From positions 27,466,001 to 27,530,000 of the forward strand of contig OX597818.1 in the NCBI GenBank assembly GCA_951406725.2: a DNA stretch of 64,000 nucleotides, given 5' to 3'. This DNA comes from Octopus vulgaris (lineage: Eukaryota). Position numbers and translations under genes: made by a program. Every line of letters begins with the position of its first letter. Within the stretch, counting starts at the first letter, position 1. The notes below the pieces were generated by a model, which was not told the DNA's origin, did not search any database, and was given only the letters and a program-made list of their open reading frames with translations. This document shows positions 12,752-27,199 of the stretch, piece after piece.

Positions 12752-15372
12752 GTTGTCGGGAATTAGTAATAATGGTACACCCCACCCATGTGACAAATGG
12801 AATAGCCTAGTCACTCTAAGTAAAGAGAAGTACATGAAGTACCAGAGTACATAGTAAGTGATAAGAGATAGTCATGTCTTTACTGGTTTTACTAAGTATA
12901 TCGTATACTGGAGTGACATTATAATAATCCAACATTATAAGGACTATAACAGTGGCAATGAGAATTTAAATAATTCATAAGTAACTAATAAGCTTGACAA
13001 GGATAAAACAATTCATGTGAAGTAAATAGAATCTCAAAGAAGAGTTAATACACTCTCAAAGTTTTGTTGTGTGAATTTTACAGAAAAAAATTGGAAAATT
13101 ATGGAAAATTTGTTGGCCAGTTTGCGTGAGTTGCGAGAACAGCAACTGAAAGAGCAACACTACCAACAACAACTGAAAGAACGACAACAGCAGCAGATGT
13201 AACTGCAAGAACAACAAAAGAAACAACAACAACAAATAATATTACAGAAACAAATGCTGCAATTACTGAAGTCATCAAGAAAGTCAGAAAAAGTGTCCTC
13301 AACAAACTGTGTCACAACCTCCATAACAGAGTTCAAATACGAACCTGATGAAAGAGTTACCTTTGAAGCATACTGCAGAAGATATGAGAAAATCTTTGAG
13401 AAAAAATGTAAAGATTGGGACGACGAGATGAAAATGCACTTAATCTTGAGAAATGTGGAGGCAACAGAACATGAATGATACAGTAATTATGTACTCCCAA
13501 GAAAACCTTCAGACATAAACTTTAATGAGACAATAGATATAGTATCTACTATGGATATTTCCTATTTAGTATTGGGGAAGTTTCATTTATAAGGACGTAC
13601 TCCCGTATTTGTCTGAGTGTTGGGTCTTTTGGGTACTTGGATAAGATGCGGATGTCAAGTTGACCCAAGTTGCCTCCATTAGTGGTCTTTGGCATGTTGG
13701 TAGAATATGGAGGACTGTTTTCTGTCGTCATATTGTCTCAGATGTTCATTTAGTCTTTCCACAATGCTCATAGATGTCTCCCCATTGGTGCATATGGTAT
13801 TCTCAAAGGGGTACGTCCTACATAGTTGTGATTTGACAGAGTTCCCTGGCTTTTCGACAATCTTAATGTTGAGTTTGGTCTCCTTCAGAGCTTTTCTAAA
13901 TCTACAGGCTAGTTCTCCAAGGGCTGTGGCCTCTACAAACATCACTCCTTTATATTTGTCGGTTTTATACCACGTGTTCACCCTGATAACTGCATGGCAT
14001 GTAGGATTAGCCCTGACATTAACTGTAGAACTCGAAATGTAGTTTACAGCATAAGATGCATAGAAAATGCTTGTAAAGACATGACCATGACGTACATAGG
14101 GGAGACATCTAGGAGCATTGTGGAACGACTAAATGAACATCTAAATGAGACAAAAAATAGTCCTCCATACTCTACCAACATGCCAAAGACCACCATGGAT
14201 GCAACTTGGGTCAACTTGACATCTGCATCTTAACCAAGCACCCAAAAAACCCAACACTCAGACAAATTCGAGAGTACATCCTTATAAATGAAACTTCCCC
14301 AATACTAAATAGGAAATATACACAATAGATAAGTGTTTAAAACTTTCAGTGAAAAAAGCACATTGTTCAATGAGCTTTTTCAATGAGCATTATTCAATGA
14401 CACGTTGGAAGTGTCTGAACATGGAGAACAATGATGAGGACTACATCACATATGCTGGTAGAATAAACAGGAAATGTGAGAAGTTTAAGCTGGACGAATT
14501 AATGTTAGATATGTTAAGATGCTTGATTTTTTACACATGGATTTACTATTGAAAAGGACACAGAAGTTAGAACTAGAGTTCTCACAAAGCTGGAACAATA
14601 CCATGATGAAACCCTACAGCAAGTGTCAGAAGAATGTGAAAGGATAGTCAAATTAAGGCACAGCACAGAGGAAATTGAACATAAGATTGTTTCCAAGTAA
14701 AGCAAGTGTGAAATAGTCAGAATAGAGATAAAGTGTTTTCTAAAAACAACAAAAATCATGAAATAAACCCATGTTTTGCATGTGGGGGTATACACTTGAG
14801 GAAAAATTTTCCATTTAAAACAGTGGAGTGCTTTCATTGTGGAGATATATGACATATAAACACACACAGTAGAATGAAGATGATAAAACATCAGAACAAA
14901 GGAAAAAGAATAAATAGTAGGTCATTGGAAGAAATTGGTAATATAATGATGAGGAATTCGTGAAGGTGAAAATCAGAATTACAAGTGTTAAAATGCAGTT
15001 GGACACTGGTAGTAACATTACCATTATAAACCAAAAATCTTGGAAATATGTTGGTAAGCTGAAATTAATGAAATCAAAAAAGGTGGCACTTGGGAAAAAG
15101 ATTATATTTTTTCAGTGATTTCGTATGTAGCGTAACATTATGAGGTTAAACAAAAGAGGCAAAGATATAAGTATTAAAAAGCTCACTCAGTTTATTCAGC
15201 ACAGAGTGGATGAAACTATTCAAATTGTGGGCTCTGCCCGTAAGTGTTCTGAGTAAAAATATTGTTGTGTCAGTTAAAGGTTCAAATGAGAATGAAGGAT
15301 TGAGACAAAAAATGAAAAAATTATTTCTAGATGTTTTTTTGGAAGAACTGGGTTGTTGTACAAAAACAAGAT
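12752..15372 (+). mobile_element. Ty3/Gypsy LTR retrotransposon remnant (probable 5' LTR, gag, protease; 3'-truncated)
   Basis: Putative LTR TGTTGT...TAACA (about 12752-12951) followed by PBS-like gtggcaatgag. Gag-like SITEFKYEPDERVTFEAY.RRYEKIF and protease VKMQLDTGSNITII at about 14990. Homologous to the element at 36142-40065. Confidence 0.75.
13540..14321. mobile_element. Penelope-like element with two oppositely oriented GIY-YIG arms, inserted in the Gypsy gag
   Basis: The + arm reads CRTRNVVYSIRC..C...YIGETSRSIVERLNEH (GIY-YIG). The minus arm carries the same C-terminus. Flanked by a 10-bp direct repeat acaatagata (13530-13539, 14322-14331). Confidence 0.85.
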
Positions 15373-15644
15373 AAGATCACTGTAAAACAAGCTCAAATTG
15401 TTCCATGATTATGAATTTGGAATGAATATATTCCTTCACAGTGTCTTTCTATGATATACTACATGAGAAAAAATATTCAATGTCAGTCACAAGAATCTGA
15501 AGTGTTACAAGACACATTCATGTATTACTATAACCATGTTATTTATAAATTTATTTTTAAAATGTGTATGGAACTGAAATTTTGTATTAATTTTTATTGT
15601 ATATTTTAAATTGAAACTTTTCTGATTAAAATTTTTTTTTTAAG

Positions 15645-15899
15645 ATCCTCCTCAGGTAAACATTAATATTTCAGAGGGGATGTACAATGCTACAATAATT
15701 AATTGCACTGCATTTGATGGAATTCCAGCGACTTATGAATACAAACTGAAGCAAAAATGGGGAAATGCCATAAAGAATACTTATAACAAAAATGTATTAT
15801 CTATAAACAGCCCTTCTTTCAATAATTCTGGCACATGGGAGTGTCATGTAAGCAATAAAGATTTTCATGTGAATAAATCATCAAGCTACAAAATTCCAG
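15645..15899 (+). CDS. IgSF receptor, Ig-domain exon 3 (phase 1-1, GC donor)
   Basis: Acceptor ttttttaag|, donor CAG|gcaagt. Reads (Y)PPQVNINISEGMYNATIINCTAFDGIPATYEYKLKQKWGNAIKNTYNKNVLSINSPSFNNSGTWECHVSNKDFHVNKSSSYKIP, with the S-G-x-W-x-C-x-V-x-N F-strand motif. Confidence 0.9.
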
Positions 15900-17857
15900 G
15901 CAAGTATTTTACTAAGCCACAATTAAAATGTTAAAATATGTTTACAATTTTAATTATTATTTTTAAAATGGTAGAATTTTTCAGTTATTTGGTCTATTTA
16001 ATGACATTGTTGGACTTTGTTACTTTTTTATGTATATCAAAAATATTGATAATTTTTAACTATAATTTTCTGGAATGGTTTCATATGTAAATACTTAAAA
16101 ATTATAGTTTTAATAAATCCAATATCATCAAATTAAAAAAAATAACAACAAAAAAAACTGAAACTGTTTTTCAAGCATTTATTTTATGTCATGAAATAGT
16201 TGCCAGTTTGAGTTTAATTATGTAATTTATTATTTCTTATTATTTCAGCTGTCTATTGTATATCTGTATGAAGAATGTATTCTAAATATAAAATATTTAT
16301 TTTTATTCCAAATTATAAAGATATAGATTTAGGGATAGTTTACTTTTGGGCAAATAGAAGACTTATTTTCTAAGTGTAGTAATATGGGTGTTCTAAATTT
16401 ATATCACGTTATTTTTATCAGTTTTTGAAGGCAAAGCAATGTCTATATCCTGCTTAGACTTTCATGAAGGTCACTTTGTAACATAAAAGGCTGGTTTCCA
16501 GAGGATTTACTTTTATAGATCTTTTATTGGTAACTACTTCAAAGGTCTTGAAATTTAAGGTAATGTAAGAAATGAATGAACATTATTTGTATAATCTTAG
16601 AAATATTGACTGTGAAACCAATAGGCTGTTTCTTGGTAGCATTGGAGTCTTTATTGGAGATGATGCACATAATTGCATATTCCTTCATTAAATGATCTCT
16701 GAGAAGGAGAAATTTCAAAATTTGTAAGGAATTAGTCAATTTGAAATAATAATTTCAAGGCAATATCTTGGGACAATATCAGATAGTGGTAATTACATTC
16801 TAAATTACATAAGTTTCAGAATCTCTGAAGTGATATCTAGTACAGGTTATATAAAATCAGATACTTTGAAAAACTTTACTTTTTATGTTACACAGTAACT
16901 GCTTATATTTGACTACATCTATAAAAATAATCAGTAAGCTTTGTTATCTGCTTTTAGACATCACTTGAAACTGTAAAGTTGACTTGCTGGTTTTAAGTGA
17001 TCAAAGGTTTTTTGCACTTAACAGCTATAGAGGTGACTTCTTCAGTAATGAGTAGAGTTGAAAAAAAAGAAGTGATTGAATGTTTGTTATGTGTAGAAAG
17101 TTAAATTGGATTCAATATTGGTAGCAAATATACATATGTCCATATTATTGGGTTGGTAAAAGAGTGGTGGAAAAGACTCTGACAAGTTGCTGGTTGTCTA
17201 ATTAGCAAGAATCTGTGTAATCACAATTAAGAGAGATAAAAACTTATATTGTATAAATGTATATTTTACTCTTTTATCAATCTTGATATTGAAGTCTCAT
17301 ATGTGTGATGGAATTTTCTTCAAGTGTTATATTATTGTTTGTATGGTAGTAGAACAAATTCTTGTAAAGCACTCAGTGGTTGTTAATTTATATGATTTAG
17401 TGGTGTGTGAAATTGAGAGGATGTTACATATGAATCAAAATTGTGTTTGGCGTTTGACAGGTTATTCAGATCTTTTACATAATTATTACTATAGAAATAG
17501 AATCTAGAGAAATACAGGGAGTTGTGTGATTTGAGCATATGGAATGTGGTGAAACAATGTTAGAGGATCCTGTGGGATAATGCACTGTGGTTGTTTTGTA
17601 AAGGTTGTATTTGAATGAGATGATGAGCTGAAATTTGTTTAGGAAATAGGGATTCTAATTTGGAGCTGAAATTGTACAGATATCAGATCAGACTGAAAGC
17701 GTGTAAGTAAATTTCTCTTATAAAATTATATTGTTTACATTTTATTAGTCTATCTTTTTAAAAAAAACAAACAAACTTAAGAATAATCTATTTCAAATTT
17801 ATAATGTTTATTGTTATCAGAAAATATTTAATTTCTAATTTTTTTTTTTTTCACCAG

Positions 17858-18163
17858 TGAAACCTATTTTCAGTTCAGTATTCAATGATCCTAAGAGAAA
17901 TGTTTCAAATGGAGAAACTGTAATTTTCAAACAGTGTTTTTATTCACATCCAAAATCTGATGTAAAATGGCAAAAAAACGAGGAATCAATTGACTCAGAC
18001 AAATATTCAACAACTGATTATTTATCAAGTGAGTTTCCTTTCAAAGGAAACTGTACTAGTTTAACAATAGAAGACATCAAAGATAACGATTTTGGTACAT
18101 ATATCTTAACTGTAGAAAACCCCATAGGGAAAGAAGTGACTGTTTTTACCTTGAGACCTGAAG
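17858..18163 (+). CDS. IgSF receptor, membrane-proximal I-set-like Ig exon 4 (phase 1-1)
   Basis: Acceptor (t)n-caccag|, donor |gtaagt. Reads (V)KPIFSSVFNDPKRNVSNGETVIFKQCFYSHPKSDVKWQKN...NCTSLTIEDIKDNDFGTYILTVENPIGKEVTVFTLRPE. Confidence 0.92.
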
Positions 18164-21100
18164 GTAAGTTGTTACCTGTTTGTAATTATTCTTTAATCAC
18201 TTAAAATATTGTTTCATGTTTTATAGAGTATTAGTTTTGTTTTTTGTTTAGTATTTACATTTAGATGTAAAAGTAATAGTCCCTTAATAAATATACTAGG
18301 AAATTGCTAGAGGCAAACTTTTATTGAAAAACCATTCCTTTAACTTTAGTAATCAGTTTTTCAAGTTACCTACTATTTTTAATTGCTTATTAAGCAAAAG
18401 ATATCTAAATAAGAATGGAAATGACATGAATGTGATAAAACTTTCTACTGAAATATGGAAAGAGTGAACTGTTACATATAAATACTGAAATAATACTTCT
18501 TTTTGGTCTTTTACTGGTCCAAATTAGTTAAATCTATTTAGTTATTTTGCTTATGAGATTCCAAATAGCTCCTTCAAGAATATTTAGTAAATCTGTTAAT
18601 TGTACACACATTTTACAACTGAATATTTGAATTGATGTTAAATGATGACAAAGCAAACATGAGGAAGAAAAATTGCAAAAATTGTATCAGAACTACCTTG
18701 ATACAAGATACCACTGCAAGCTAGACAAGTATTTTAGAGAAGATTGCTTGAAGATGATGATTCATCCGTGGTTTTCATTAGTTAAAGAACAAAAGTCTAG
18801 AGCAGAATTGAGGGAACTTTTCAATATGGGATGGGGTATGAGTTGAGATGTAAAGAATCTGCGGAGCACATCTGTATGCTATATAAGTATACTATATATA
18901 TATATATATATATATTAAATTACTATTTAATTTTGCTTTTCATATGGATTTTTGTAGGCTCTGTCATTGAGTAATTTCAAATCTGAACACTGAGGAGGGG
19001 TTCCCCAGCCCCAATCCAGACTATAATTATAAAATATTCTCTGATTTTTACAGGGAAATAATATTATGTGGAATGGAAGAAATTTAAACTGTTGTCTGGC
19101 TTGAATAAATTGAAACTATCATGTTGACTTTTAGGCCTTTAGTCTACAGATATTTCTTTTAGATGTGAAATATTTGTCACAATTATTTAACAAACTCTGC
19201 TGTAAGACCTTAGCCAATTTTCTCAAAGATAGTTCTGAAATCATGTATTAAAATTCAATAACTGTAATGATTAGAAGGTGCTGATAATAGGACCCTAGCA
19301 AACAACTATATGTATGCAAAATTTCAACATGTAACCCCACTTTCTCTAGTAAAAATCATCACAACATTATGAGGGTTTGAAATCAGTATTGTAATCCGAC
19401 AATCCTATTAGTTTTTATGTACAGTCACAGCTTATAATTCTGAACTATTCAATGCTGCATTATATAATTGCAGTTAAGTCTGTGCAATCACAGAAGAGAG
19501 TGATTTGAAAAGAATCAGCTAAACATCATGATGCATAATAAAGTCTGAAACATTTCTCAACAAATTTATAAAATCAGCACAGATATTTCTCTAATTGCAA
19601 GGATGTAAGTTGGCTTTGGTTTCAATATTCCTTGATATTTTTTGACTGGCTTAATGTAGTTCAGAGGACTTAAATATTATTTAGTTTTTAAATATCCCAA
19701 CTCTAGATAAGTATTTTTAATACAAAATTATTTCTAGAGGGAACTGTGATTGGGGTAGAAATGCTTAAGCATGGGTAAATAGTTACATACTGTAAACAAA
19801 TAAAGTTGAGATGTATGTATCAAACTTGCTCATCATTGGGCAGCAACATTATAAGTGCTTTTTTTCAAAGCAATGGGCTTTGTAAAGATGTTATTAGTGC
19901 TACTAACATGGAGAGAATGATAAGGTTTTTGTTGACAATAAGGCACTAACTGTGATACCACTTAACTTCTACAAGCTTCATTAACTGATGTGAAGATTGG
20001 TTGCTTCTTCAGTTTGTTTTTGTTCTCGTGGCTATGACCATGCTGGTGCACCATGTTACTGAGAATAAATACAGATATGTTTGTCTGTGACAAGGCAGAG
20101 GATTTTATTATAAATGTAGGGAAATACCAGAATGGAAATGCTGATGTACCTGGGGAAGTAGCTCCATATATGTATAGAACTCAAGGATTTTGTGTGTAAC
20201 ACTAAGTTCAGAAAACTTGATTACCTATGAGTTAAGTGAAACTATAAACCTGACTAGTTATATTCTTGTTTGTAGGTTAAAATAAATGGTCTTAAATTCA
20301 AAACAAATTTCTAGTTAATAAGTTTAAACTTAATGCAAGACTTGTTTTGCTGCAACTATTAGGAAGAGAATAAAATATGACAGTTAAAATGTACTTTGCA
20401 TAGTTTCCAAACTGTAGTTCCTTAACTAAAGTCAATAATTTTCTATGACTCCTTTTGTAATATTTTCCAATAGGGATCACTTGACATTTAACCTTTTTCT
20501 TGAGTAAATATTTCTTGGTTTTTGTTTACTGTGCTTTTATACTTATAGTTTATTGCATAAAATGTTCATGAACATTTCATATTTTAGTAAATAGTTCAAA
20601 AGTATAAAATAACTTATTAACACTTTCAGAATTATACCTTCAACTATGGATGAGGGGCCACTGTTTTAAATATTGCTTATCAAAAAAGAAAGACCTGAGA
20701 ATTTTCACAGTGTAATAAATTGTTGGACATTTTAATAGATAATTTACACTATATGTTCCAAATTACATCTCACAGATGCTTTGGGATTCATCATCAAATA
20801 TTTTTCTTGGGTCTTAGAGGGTTTCAGGTCTTTTAATATTAGATTCCTTCACCCAGTTAACCCAGTCATGGTTGATCACCTCTCAGATTATATCCCAGTA
20901 GCAGCAAATCACCAGTTTACCATCTCTATCCAAAGCCATCTTGTACCCTTCTGTGTAGTTTCAGTAATAGAATTTATTGTTCTCTTCTTTGCTACACTAG
21001 TAATTTCAAGCCAATAGTAGCCATCAGCTAAGTCTTTGAAGCAGCTCTGTGGAGATGTTGAAGGGATCCTCTTTCAGTTCACAAGAAACAGAAAGGTACT

Positions 21101-21821
21101 TCACTCATGTTCCATGTGTAAAAATTTCTGGGATTTGTTGAAATGTCATAAGAAACCCAGTCAATTAGTTGAATTGTGTTGATGGAATAGTACAGCAAAT
21201 GAAGTGATAAGGAGTTGGTGTGTAGCCTACTAAGAAGGGAATTAATATATAATAGAATAAATTATTGTTTAATTTTTTATAACTACTCAAGAAGATCACA
21301 TGTGCCTCCAATAATTTCATTTTTATATATTTTATTTTATTAAAAAATTAATAAAATAATCTTTTGCTTTAATTAGATTAAGTTTTGCAGGTGGGATAGA
21401 GTTTAAGCTTAAATTTAAAATTTGGGTTTTAATTTTTTAATACTCAAAGGAGAAAGAGTAAGGGTTAGGAGGTTGTTAGAATAATGGTTACTATTAGAGT
21501 TCTATGGACAAGGCAAGTGTTTATGATTTGGGTTAATTTTTAATCCATAAAATAATTTTAATTTTTGAGATCTTTAACAATATCATAATTGCAAGAAATA
21601 AAATTCATGGTGACAGTATTCATTCAGTAACATTCAATAGATATTTCAAAAGCATGATTTCTTATATTGCTAAATTAATTATAATAAAATAGAATTAAAT
21701 TAATTGTTGCATAAAATGTTTTGAGAAATACACTTGAAAAATTCAAGAAAACATTGATGTATCTCACAATAAAATGAAAATCAATATAAAATCTATTGGA
21801 AGCATACAATTCATACAATTA

Positions 21822-22725
21822 TGTCATCTGGTGTACCACAGGAATCTGTTCTTGGTCCCCCTTTTGTTAGTTGCATACATTAATGACATAGATGCCAATT
21901 TAAAGAATGCCACAGTACTGAAATACGCAGATGATATCACACTGTACCTTGAGATAAAAGGACAGATCCTGAACACTATAGATCTTTCCTGCAATCGGAC
22001 CTGGACAGAATGCAACAATGGATCATGGACTGGAAACTCAAGCTGGCTGTAGACAAGTATACCACCATGCATTTTGGGAGGAAACCCCCAGCATCCACAC
22101 TCTGTCCACAACACTAATATCAAGAAGTCTTCTTTGTGAACATGACCTGGGCATTACTGTCAGCAGCGATTTGCACTGGACAAATTACATCTCTATAATT
22201 GTCAAGAAGGCCAAGGGTGTCTTGGCATCACTTAGCAAGACCTTTGCCAGCTGCTGTCCAGCCATCTTTTCAAGGCTATGGTGCAGCCACACTTGGAATT
22301 AGCATCACCAGTCTGGAACTGCTATCTTGCTCAGGACATTGACTTCCTGGAAACTGTTCAGAGATGTGCAACCAAGTGAATACCCTCCATCAGGCATCTG
22401 ACATACTCTGAATGCTTTGCTTCCCTGGGCATAGATACATTGAAGCTTCGACGTCTGGCAACTGACTTGGAAAACACCTACAAAATTATTAAGCATTGTG
22501 CCAACAGCCACCTTGAGCCTTCTTTGAGCTCTATATGTCTAACCCACGTGGGCATGCCTACAAAGTCAGAAAACAGCACAGCTCCCATGACTTTTGGAAA
22601 CATCTTTTACACTCAGAGTTGTTAGGTATGAAACAAACTACCTGCAACAGTTGTTAATTGTCAAGACATTGCATCCTTTAAAACCTGTATGCTTCCTGAA
22701 ATTTGCTAACATTACACCTGATATC
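21822..22725 (+). mobile_element. CR1-like LINE 3' fragment (RT domain), decayed
   Basis: Reads SGVPQESVLGPLLLVAYINDIDANLKNATVLKYADD, then HDLGITVSSDLHW and PHLELASPVWN..LETVQR across frameshifts. Confidence 0.8.
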
Positions 22726-22870
22726 TCTGCCTCCATACACATGCACACATGTATAACATATAACATGATTCGTACACTGTTTACTTTCCTGACTTTTGTA
22801 CATAATTCTATGTACTGTACATGCACCTTTGATGAGTTGTAGTGCACCTGAGCACTATAGTCAATAATTT

Positions 22871-23483
<613 letters not shown>

Positions 23484-24492
23484 CTTATACCAGAGATGAT
23501 ATTTCTATTAATATGGGGAGAATTAAAGAGCAGGAATTGGCTGTGTTTGATAGTATAGACCTCAAAAGTTGTATAACATCATGCCAACATCATACAGGCA
23601 AGATGTGGATTCTATACTGTGAAATGTATGCCCTCACTTTGTGCACAGTAATGCAATTTGGTTATTGTATGTAAAGAAACCAGGGTCTTATGTGCACAAA
23701 ACTGCATTCAGACAGTAGAAACATAGAAAATTATGAATTCAGTATCCTTAGGGTTTCATTTGGCTTGTTAGATGTAGTAGCCAAGTAGTTAAAATGATTA
23801 GTGCAAGAAGTAGTACTAGTGATTGAATTGTAACTTGGATTGGAACAGAATACAAAGAAGTTCTAAAATTTTCTTCCCTTATTAAAAATGAAAAGAATTT
23901 GCAGCTTCATATGAAAGGTAGATGGCATGGTGCATTTGTGAGAAGTTGAAATGATGCATAAAAGAACAATATGAATATTGGTTAGGAATGGAATTAACAC
24001 CATTTGTTGGATGTGCAATACTAACATGTATCACTGACTGAGTGGAAGCTGAGAAATTGATTTTTTTAGTGGATGTATAATGAAAAGGCATTTTTGTTGG
24101 ATTAAATGTGTGATAGAGAGAAATGGAAGTGGAATGAAATGATGGTATAATAAGGACACACTGTGGAAAAACTATAAACCTTCAGGTATGACCTAAAAAC
24201 TCTGAGGCTTATAATACATTACTTTAGTGTACTATAGAACATATTCATAGTGTTTTTAGCTAACACTTTGTGTTACAATGATTGTAAACAAATTGTCTGT
24301 ACAATATCTGTGTTGATATAAAAAGGGTGTACAACTGTGTGTGCATTTTTATTGTTTTTGAATTTTTCAGCAACTGTGTACCCCAATATCTACTGACCAT
24401 ACAATATAGGATAGATAATTAGTGAAAAATTCTTCATAGCCCTTTATCTTTTTAATATATTAATGCAGGGTCTTTTTAATATATCTTTTCAG

Positions 24493-24597
24493 AAATTACA
24501 GAAGTCTTTTTGGGAACAATTATTGGTTGTACTGTAGGAAGTGTATTATTATTAATAACTTTGGGGCTTGTTGCTTATAAATTCCACAAAATAAGAG
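24493..24597 (+). CDS. IgSF receptor, transmembrane exon (phase 1-1)
   Basis: Acceptor tcttttcag|, donor AG|gttggt. Reads (E)ITEVFLGTIIGCTVGSVLLLITLGLVAYKFHKIR: about 24 hydrophobic residues followed by a basic stop-transfer stretch. In frame with exon 4. Confidence 0.88.
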
Positions 24598-25340
24598 GTT
24601 GGTATGTTTTACACATTATTAAGATTTGTTAACTACATTGAGATACATATTCTTTAAACTCTCTTGGTTAAATATATGTTAGAATTTGTGTATATATATA
24701 TATGCATGTGTGTATGTTGTGTGTGTGTGTGTATGTGGGTGTATGTGTGTGTACATGTGTGTGTGTGTGTAAAGAATATACAGGCTGCAGATTGTGACAT
24801 ATAACCAGAGTTCGGACTCAGTAGTGGGTCCCACTCCTATATCCAGTGCAATATGATGTGGAGTATCAAAGCAAGTGTGTAGAAAATAAGCCATCTAATA
24901 GTATTAAAAAAATACAGAAAACATAAAATTTGATGCTTTATAAGCATTTATGTATTTCAGCAAATTATCATCAGGGTTACATAATTGCTATTGAAACATT
25001 ATATAACTTTGTTAATTCACCTCTTTGGTTTTCAGCAAGAAATGCAATGAGTGGTGTTAAATGCTCAATAAATATTCTCATTATGCAAATCATGAACAAC
25101 ATTGCTAGTGGTATAATGCAATTGGGAATAAACAAACAGACAAACCATAGTGATTCGAGGCCACACCTCTCATATCTGTGTAGATGCAACCGAGAAAATT
25201 ATATAAATATCAACAACAATAACAATGTCAATAGCAATAGCAGAGATGGTGGCCACAGTTTCAGCATTTTGGTCATAAATCAGGGTCTAACACCTTGCAG
25301 ATACTTAAATATCAAGTTTTACAATAACATTTGTCAATAA

Positions 25341-27199
25341 CGCTGGACAACAAAGATTTTGCTACTGGGGTAAAAGCATGTGTTTCAGACTAAATTGAGC
25401 ATTCTGATTTCGAATCTGCACTCAGAATTGTTCTAACACATCAGGATTTGAGTTATGTGCATGCACAAGATTATAACTATACTTTCAACTAGATATAGGC
25501 TGTATTATAAAATTTACTAAAATGAAAGCAGTCTTAATTCAAAATTAAAGAAATAACAGCAATAAAACAAACAAAGAGAAAGTTCATTATTTAGTTTAGC
25601 AATAGATGATGCTAATGTATTGTGTGCAATGCAAAATACAAAAATTTATTCTTGGTAACTCTCAGTGTTGTTTGTGCTACTGTCACATGTGGTATGTGTA
25701 TCTCTCACTCTCTCCGTGATTACTGTTTTAACTGTGTTCATTGTGTTAGATCACGAACAGGAGGGGCTGTGTGAATTACCCAGACAACTTTTGTCATGTC
25801 TATGGAAAATTTGCTCCATGAGATCAGCGGAGGAACATTGCCACCAAATTAAAAGCAGCCTATAAATATTATTTCGAGTGTAAAGTTGGGGACCAAGGCA
25901 AGAGGTGGGCACCTCACATATGCTACACTGTGTGTTACTCAGGGCTTACACAGTAGCTGAATGGAAAATGGAAGGGAATCATATCTCTTATTATTACTTT
26001 TGCATGACTAATATTAGCTGTTTCTCAAAGAAGAACAGAGAAAAAATTGTGTATGCAGATTGTAAGTCAGCTCTAAAACTGGTCCCACATGACTTCAAGA
26101 ACCCTGTCCCAGTTCCCCTCTTTCTGAAAGGAGTTAATTACTCAGTTCGCAAGTAGAATATTTGTGGTGATTTAAAGGTGATTTCCCTCCTCTTAGGACT
26201 GCACCTGAGATATACCAAAAATATGTGCTTCTTATGTGTTTGGAACAACTGTGACGACAGCAATCATTACACTGTAAAAGACCGGCCAAAAAGAGATGAG
26301 CGGTACAATGAGCATACAATGGTATACCCGCAAAAAAATCTTTCTTCCACCCCTTCACATCAAACTCGGCCTCATGAAAAGCTTTGTAAAAGCAATGACA
26401 CATGATGGTTGTGGCTTCCAGTACCTAAAAGTAAAATTTGGTGTAGAGAAAAGTGACACAAAACTAAAAGCAGGCATTTTCATTGGACCCAAGATCAGAG
26501 AATTGATAGCTGATAGCAAATTCAGAGATAAACTGAATCCAGTTGAGCCGACGGCATGGGATTCATTCGTGTCAGTTGTACAGAACTTTCTTGATAATCA
26601 TAGAGTTGAAAATCATGCTTATTTAATAAACAACATGCTGACAGTGTATGAAAGAATGGGATGATGAATGTCCCTTAAAATGCACATTTTGCATACTCAT
26701 CTTGATTTTTTTTCCAACGAATCTTGGTGCCCTTAGTGATGAGCATGGTGAGAGATTTCACCAGGATATATCTGCAGTGGAAATGAGGCTGGTTCAATCC
26801 ACACATGAGGGGGGGGGGGGCTACTGGTTCCTACAATGGGAAACCAGCATGATGCATAAGCACAAGAGCAAGTGTCTCAAACATTTCTGAGTATATAAAT
26901 AATAAAGTGAGTATTCTCTTAATATAAATATACTATGTACCATTATATTATAATACTATTTGCCTTGAACATAAATTTACTATATACAGTGATAATATAC
27001 TATTATAATAATTATTTACCTTGAACTTAACTATTCCTGATTCTGATATAGTATTAATATATAATTATGTGCATAACTCAAGATCCTAACATGCTACAGC
27101 AATTCTGAGTTCAGATTCGGAATCAGTGTACTCGGTTTAGTTTAGTACAGCATCATTTGTCTGGGTAGCAGACAATAAATCTTTTTTTGTTGCCCAGTT
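25341..27199 (+). mobile_element. Chapaev3-like (CMC superfamily) DNA transposon, both termini present, transposase broken
   Basis: Termini cgctggacaacaaa...ttttgttgcccagtt with about 130 bp of imperfect inverted repeat and TAA on both flanks. Reads CGDLKVISLLLGLHLRYTKNMCFLC, PPLHIKLGLMKSFVKA, KLKAGIFIGPKIR and SDEHGERFHQDI. Confidence 0.82.

Noticed and set aside
20630-20662. Possible extra stalk exon after the acceptor-like cactttcag
   Set aside because: The only phase-1 donor is weak (t|gtttta) and would create TAA when joined to the TM exon; the frame otherwise reaches a stop.
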